This document shows positions 59,903 through 64,000 of a DNA stretch of 64,000 bases, piece by piece; positions within the stretch are counted from its first letter, which is position 1; the number at the start of each line of letters is the position of its first letter. The position numbers and the translations under genes are program-made. Under the pieces are notes generated by a model that was given only the letters and a program-made list of their open reading frames with translations, searched no databases and was not told where the DNA came from. The DNA is taken from positions 34,650 through 98,649 of the forward strand of contig CAZDUO010000005.1 in the NCBI GenBank assembly GCA_964508655.1. The letters run 5' to 3'. The stretch comes from an uncultured Chitinophaga sp. Its GTDB lineage: Bacteria > Bacteroidota > Bacteroidia > Chitinophagales > Chitinophagaceae.

Positions 59903-62380
59903 ATGAAACTATTCCTATCTGTTCTTTTCATTTCTTCAGCTTCAATAGTATTTGCGCAAAATAAACCCGGCCTTAAACTCTGGTACAAACAACCTGCCGG
60001 TAATACATGGGAAAATGCATTACCCATTGGTAACGGAAGATTGGGAGCCATGGTATATGGAAATGTAGAAAAAGAAACCATCCAGTTGAATGAACATACC
60101 TTGTGGAGCGGCGGCCCTAACCGGAACGATAATCCCCTTGCCCTGGATTCGCTTTCTGTTTTGCGTCAACTGATTTTTGATGGCAAACAAAAAGAAGCGG
60201 AACAGATGGCCGGCCGGATTATCATAAGTAAAAAATCACATGGGCAAATGTTTTTACCAGCCGGCAATCTCCATCTCGCTTTTAATGGTCATGAAAATTT
60301 TACAGACTTTTACCGGGAACTCGATATAGAAAAGGCCGTCGCAAAAACTACTTATAAAATAAATGGCATAACCTATACAAGAGAAGTACTGGCATCTTTT
60401 CCTGACAGGGTAATTGTAATAAACCTTACCGCCAATAAACCCCGCAGCATTTCATTCACTGCCTCTTATACAACACCGCTGCCAAAAGCAGAAATTAAAA
60501 CCATAGCAGCTAATCAACTCAGTTTTTCCGGAACCACTGTTGACCATGAGGGAGTGAAGGGAATGATAAAGTACAAAGGAATAATACAAATGAAAAACCG
60601 GGGTGGAACCGTTTCATCAACCGATACATCGCTGGTTGCAAGCAAAGCGGATGCTGTAACCATTTATATTTCGATAGCAACCAATTTTAATAACTATAAT
60701 GATGTGATCGGAAATGAAAATGAAAGAGCATTGAGTTACCTGAACATAGCGACTGTAAAATCGTTTTCAACTATATTACAAAATCATATTGCAGCCTACC
60801 AGAAATATTTTAACCGTGTAAAACTTGATTTGGGAAAAACGGAAGCTGCTTTGCTGCCGACTGATGAACGATTAAAGAATTTCAATTCGGCAAATGACCT
60901 GCAGTTTGTTACACTGTATTACCAGTTTGGCCGCTATCTTCTTATTTCATCGTCACAACCCGGCGGGCAACCTGCTAACCTTCAGGGCATCTGGAATAAT
61001 AAGGTGCGGCCGCCCTGGGACAGCAAGTACACTATCAACATCAATGCTGAAATGAATTACTGGCCGGCGGAAAAAACAAATTTGTCAGAGCTGCATGAGC
61101 CGTTTTTAACAATGGTAAAAGAAATGGCCATTACCGGTCAGCAAACCGCCAAAGATATGTACGGCGCCAGAGGATGGATGGCGCATCATAATACCGATAT
61201 CTGGCGTGCAACCGGCGCCGTGGATGGAGCCTTTTGGGGTGCATGGACGCAGGGCGGTGGCTGGACAAGCCAGCATCTCTTGGAGCACTATTTATACAAC
61301 GGTGATAAAAATTATTTAGCATCTGTTTATCCGGTATTAAAAGGCGCAGCAACTTTCTATGTTGATTTTTTAATTGAACATCCAAAAAACAACTGGCTTG
61401 TTGTTAATCCTGATATGTCGCCGGAAAATGCACCCGCTGCACACCAGGGTTCTTCACTGGATGCAGGCACCACCATGACCAATCAAATCATCTTTGATGT
61501 ATTCAGTTCTGTTATCCGTGCCGCAACCTTTTTAAATAAAGACAAAGCCTTTGCTGATACTTTAAAACAACTGCGCAGCCGTTTGGCGCCAATGCATATC
61601 GGTCAGCATGGCCAGCTGCAGGAGTGGCTCGATGATGTGGATGATCCGAATGACCACCATCGTCATATATCGCATTTGTACGGATTGTTTCCATCCAATC
61701 AAATTTCTCCATACCGCACACCGCAATTATACAGCGCTGCCAGGAACACATTGCTTCAGCGTGGTGATATATCTACCGGATGGAGCATGGGCTGGAAAGT
61801 GAACTGGTGGGCAAAAATGCTCGATGGCAATCATGCTTTCAAACTGATACAAAATCAACTGTCCCCTGCGGGTACTATTGAAGGAGGTGGCGGTACTTAC
61901 AATAATTTATTTGATGCACATCCGCCATTCCAGATTGACGGAAACTTTGGATGCACTTCCGGTATCACAGAAATGCTGATGCAAAGCAGCGATGGCGCTG
62001 TTCATTTATTGCCGGCATTGCCTGATGCCTGGGTAAATAAAGGAAGTATCTCGGGCCTGCGGGCGCCGGGCGGTTTTGAAATTATCAATATGCAATGGGG
62101 AGATGGAAAGGTTATGCAACTAACAGTAAAATCAAACGCAGGCGGCCATCTCCGTTTACGCCTTCCCAATGAAATGAAAATGAGTAATGGCGCTGCACTT
62201 ACAAAAGCTGCCGGTGAAAATAAAAATCCTTTTTACAAAACAGAAGAAACGGCAGCGCCGGTACTTTCACCAAAAGCTAAAATAGATTTGCCGCAACTGA
62301 AAGATACATGGCTATATGATATACAAACGGTAAAGGGCAAAACATATAGTCTTATTAATAAATTAACAGAAGTTAAATGA
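59903..62380 (+). CDS. GH95 alpha-L-fucosidase/alpha-L-galactosidase
   Basis: 825 aa with a signal peptide. The N-terminus reads LWYKQPAGNTWENALPIGNGRLGAMVYGNVEKETIQLNEHTLWSG. Also seen: NLQGIWN, YTININAEMNYWPAE, WMAHHNTDIW, HRHISHLYGLFP, GWSMGWKVNWWA, QIDGNFG. Confidence 0.88.
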   Translation: MKLFLSVLFISSASIVFAQNKPGLKLWYKQPAGNTWENALPIGNGRLGAMVYGNVEKETIQLNEHTLWSGGPNRNDNPLALDSLSVLRQLIFDGKQKEAEQMAGRIIISKKSHGQMFLPAGNLHLAFNGHENFTDFYRELDIEKAVAKTTYKINGITYTREVLASFPDRVIVINLTANKPRSISFTASYTTPLPKAEIKTIAANQLSFSGTTVDHEGVKGMIKYKGIIQMKNRGGTVSSTDTSLVASKADAVTIYISIATNFNNYNDVIGNENERALSYLNIATVKSFSTILQNHIAAYQKYFNRVKLDLGKTEAALLPTDERLKNFNSANDLQFVTLYYQFGRYLLISSSQPGGQPANLQGIWNNKVRPPWDSKYTININAEMNYWPAEKTNLSELHEPFLTMVKEMAITGQQTAKDMYGARGWMAHHNTDIWRATGAVDGAFWGAWTQGGGWTSQHLLEHYLYNGDKNYLASVYPVLKGAATFYVDFLIEHPKNNWLVVNPDMSPENAPAAHQGSSLDAGTTMTNQIIFDVFSSVIRAATFLNKDKAFADTLKQLRSRLAPMHIGQHGQLQEWLDDVDDPNDHHRHISHLYGLFPSNQISPYRTPQLYSAARNTLLQRGDISTGWSMGWKVNWWAKMLDGNHAFKLIQNQLSPAGTIEGGGGTYNNLFDAHPPFQIDGNFGCTSGITEMLMQSSDGAVHLLPALPDAWVNKGSISGLRAPGGFEIINMQWGDGKVMQLTVKSNAGGHLRLRLPNEMKMSNGAALTKAAGENKNPFYKTEETAAPVLSPKAKIDLPQLKDTWLYDIQTVKGKTYSLINKLTEVK

Positions 62381-64000
62381 AACTTCAATCGTTTATTTTA
62401 ATGGCTGCTGCCTGCTATGGATTATGTGCAAACAAAGTCATTGCACAGGATAAACTGTATACAAACGAATTTCCGTTAAGTGATGTGGTGATAACAAATG
62501 GTCCTTTTAAACATGCCCGTGATTTAAATATTACTGTTCTTTTAAAATATGATGTTGACCGCTTGTTGCAGCCCTATTTGAAAGAAGCGGGTTTGCCGGA
62601 GAAAGGATTACGTTATACAAACTGGGCCGGGCTGGATGGGCATGTGGGCGGCCATTACTTATCTGCACTTGCGATGAACTATGCAGCAACGGGAAATGCG
62701 GAATGTAAAAAGCGAATGGACTATATGCTGACGGAACTCAAGGCCTGCCAGGATGCGAATGGAAAAAATAATCCTGACTGGGGCGTTGGCTATATGGGTG
62801 CTGTGCCCGACAGCAAAACAATATGGTCATCATTTAAGACAGGTGATTTCACAGCCTACCGTTCTGCATGGGTGCCCTGGTATAATGTACATAAACTGTA
62901 TGCAGGTCTTCGGGATGCCTGGCTTTATACCGGCAGTGAAGAAGCTAAAACCATGTTTCTGAAATTTTGTGACTGGGGAATCAGCATCACAGCCGCATTA
63001 AGCAATGAACAGTTGCAATCCATGCTGGATGTGGAGCATGGCGGTATGAATGAAATATTTGCCGATGCTTATCAGATGACCCGTGATGAAAAGTACCTGA
63101 TTGCTGCAAAACGTTTTTCGCATAATTTATTGCTCGATGCCATGGCGGAGAGAACAGACAATCTTGATAATAAACATGCCAATACTCAGGTGCCGAAAGC
63201 AATCGGCTTTGCCAGAATCGGTGAACTGACCCATGATGAAAAGTATCACATCGCAGGAAAATTTTTTTGGGAAACAGTAACCACCCATCGTTCCCTTGCC
63301 TTTGGCGGCAACAGCCGCAGGGAATTTTTTCCATCCATCAATGCCTGCAGCGATTTTATAAATGACGTGGAAGGACCGGAATCCTGTAATACCTACAATA
63401 TGCTGCGGCTGACGGAAGATTTGTTCAGAGCAAATCCCCTGGCCGGGTATATTGATTTTTATGAACGGGCATTGTACAATCATATACTTTCCACACAACA
63501 CCCGGAGCATGGCGGTTATGTGTATTTCACTCCGGCGAGACCCATGCATTACCGGGTGTATTCAGCACCCAATGAAGCCATGTGGTGCTGCGTGGGCAGT
63601 GGTATGGAAAATCATGGCAAGTACAACCAGATTATTTATACGCATCAGAATGATGATTTGTATGTCAATCTTTTTATTGCCTCCGGACTGAACTGGAAAG
63701 CAAAAGGTATAAAGATTAAGCAGGTTACTAATTTTCCCAATGAAGAAAAAACAAAACTGATAATAACTGAAGGCGCTGCCGGTTTCCGTTTAATGATCCG
63801 GTATCCATCATGGGTAAAAGAGGACGGACTAAAGCTGTCTGTGAATGGCAATAATTTTGTTTACACCAAACTGCCTTCATCTTATATTGCAATAAACAGG
63901 AAGTGGAAAAAAGGTGATGTGGTTGAAATAAAATTACCCATGAAAACAAGGGTGGAGCAGTTACCCAACCTCCCCGCTTATATCGCCATCATGCACGGCC
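62377..64000 (+). CDS. GH127 (DUF1680) beta-L-arabinofuranosidase, 5' part (continues beyond window end)
   Basis: Absent from the ORF track because there is no stop in the window. The ATG at 62377 overlaps the GH95 stop (ATGA). My translation reads MKLQSFILMAAACYGLCANKVIAQ (signal) ... WAGLDGHVGGHYLSALAM ... VEHGGMNEIFADAYQMTRDEKYL ... KHANTQVPKAIG ... AFGGNSRREFF ... ESCNTYNMLRLTEDLF ... YERALYNHILSTQ ... AMWCCVGSGMENH. These are typical GH127 blocks, including the Cys cluster. Confidence 0.85.
   Translation, partial: MKLQSFILMAAACYGLCANKVIAQDKLYTNEFPLSDVVITNGPFKHARDLNITVLLKYDVDRLLQPYLKEAGLPEKGLRYTNWAGLDGHVGGHYLSALAMNYAATGNAECKKRMDYMLTELKACQDANGKNNPDWGVGYMGAVPDSKTIWSSFKTGDFTAYRSAWVPWYNVHKLYAGLRDAWLYTGSEEAKTMFLKFCDWGISITAALSNEQLQSMLDVEHGGMNEIFADAYQMTRDEKYLIAAKRFSHNLLLDAMAERTDNLDNKHANTQVPKAIGFARIGELTHDEKYHIAGKFFWETVTTHRSLAFGGNSRREFFPSINACSDFINDVEGPESCNTYNMLRLTEDLFRANPLAGYIDFYERALYNHILSTQHPEHGGYVYFTPARPMHYRVYSAPNEAMWCCVGSGMENHGKYNQIIYTHQNDDLYVNLFIASGLNWKAKGIKIKQVTNFPNEEKTKLIITEGAAGFRLMIRYPSWVKEDGLKLSVNGNNFVYTKLPSSYIAINRKWKKGDVVEIKLPMKTRVEQLPNLPAYIAIMHG

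Overview
The window is almost entirely one very large polysaccharide-utilisation region of a Bacteroidota genome. The phylum call rests on a SusC/SusD pair and on nearly every enzyme starting with a signal peptide or lipobox. LacI-type rather than HTCS control suggests a Chitinophagia/Sphingobacteriia-like organism, which is inference only. I support 39 protein-coding features, two of them gene remnants and two running off the window edges and therefore absent from the ORF track. I saw no rRNA, tRNA, CRISPR array, transposase, integrase or recognisable defence genes.

Layout:
- A ~315-bp divergent control region at 21.33-21.64 kb carries a LacI-type operator.
- The minus arm (21.3 kb to 1) runs susC, susD, terminator, truncated haloperoxidase-like fragment, 1,120-aa VCBS/FG-GAP/ASPIC protein, DUF255 thioredoxin-domain protein, terminator, GH30 glucuronoxylanase, terminator, xylA, Na+/sugar symporter, uxuA, and two GH78 rhamnosidases.
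- The plus arm (21.6 to 54.9 kb) runs two tandem LacI paralogs, GH67, SDR, GH115, GH43, GH10, GH3, two Tat-signal Gfo/Idh/MocA oxidoreductases, a decayed third oxidoreductase, a SASA esterase, a CE15-like esterase, GH51, and three CE1-type esterase modules.
- The plus arm then continues into an unusual run of exported non-CAZyme proteins: a PQQ dehydrogenase with an inserted haem-c module, a bicupin+ABM protein, a beta-helix protein, an RraA-like protein, a YhcH-like protein and a second SASA esterase.
- A convergent minus pair follows (SMP-30 lactonase; bicupin-SMP-30 fusion). A final plus arm carries a small secreted protein, an LgoD-like Zn-dehydrogenase, GH95 and GH127.

Overall this is a glucurono-arabinoxylan debranching and catabolism locus.

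Parts that known xylan PULs do not explain:
1. The exported redox/cupin/lactonase block at 46.5-58.4 kb.
2. The Tat-exported oxidoreductases after GH3.
3. The AT-rich SusCD-VCBS-DUF255 module with a deleted haloperoxidase gene.
4. A lipoprotein signal peptide with no canonical start codon.
5. Several families of intergenic palindromic repeats, including two near-identical terminator hairpins whose differences pair as G-U wobbles only in minus-strand RNA.

All functional calls come from motif recognition by eye. No database search was run.
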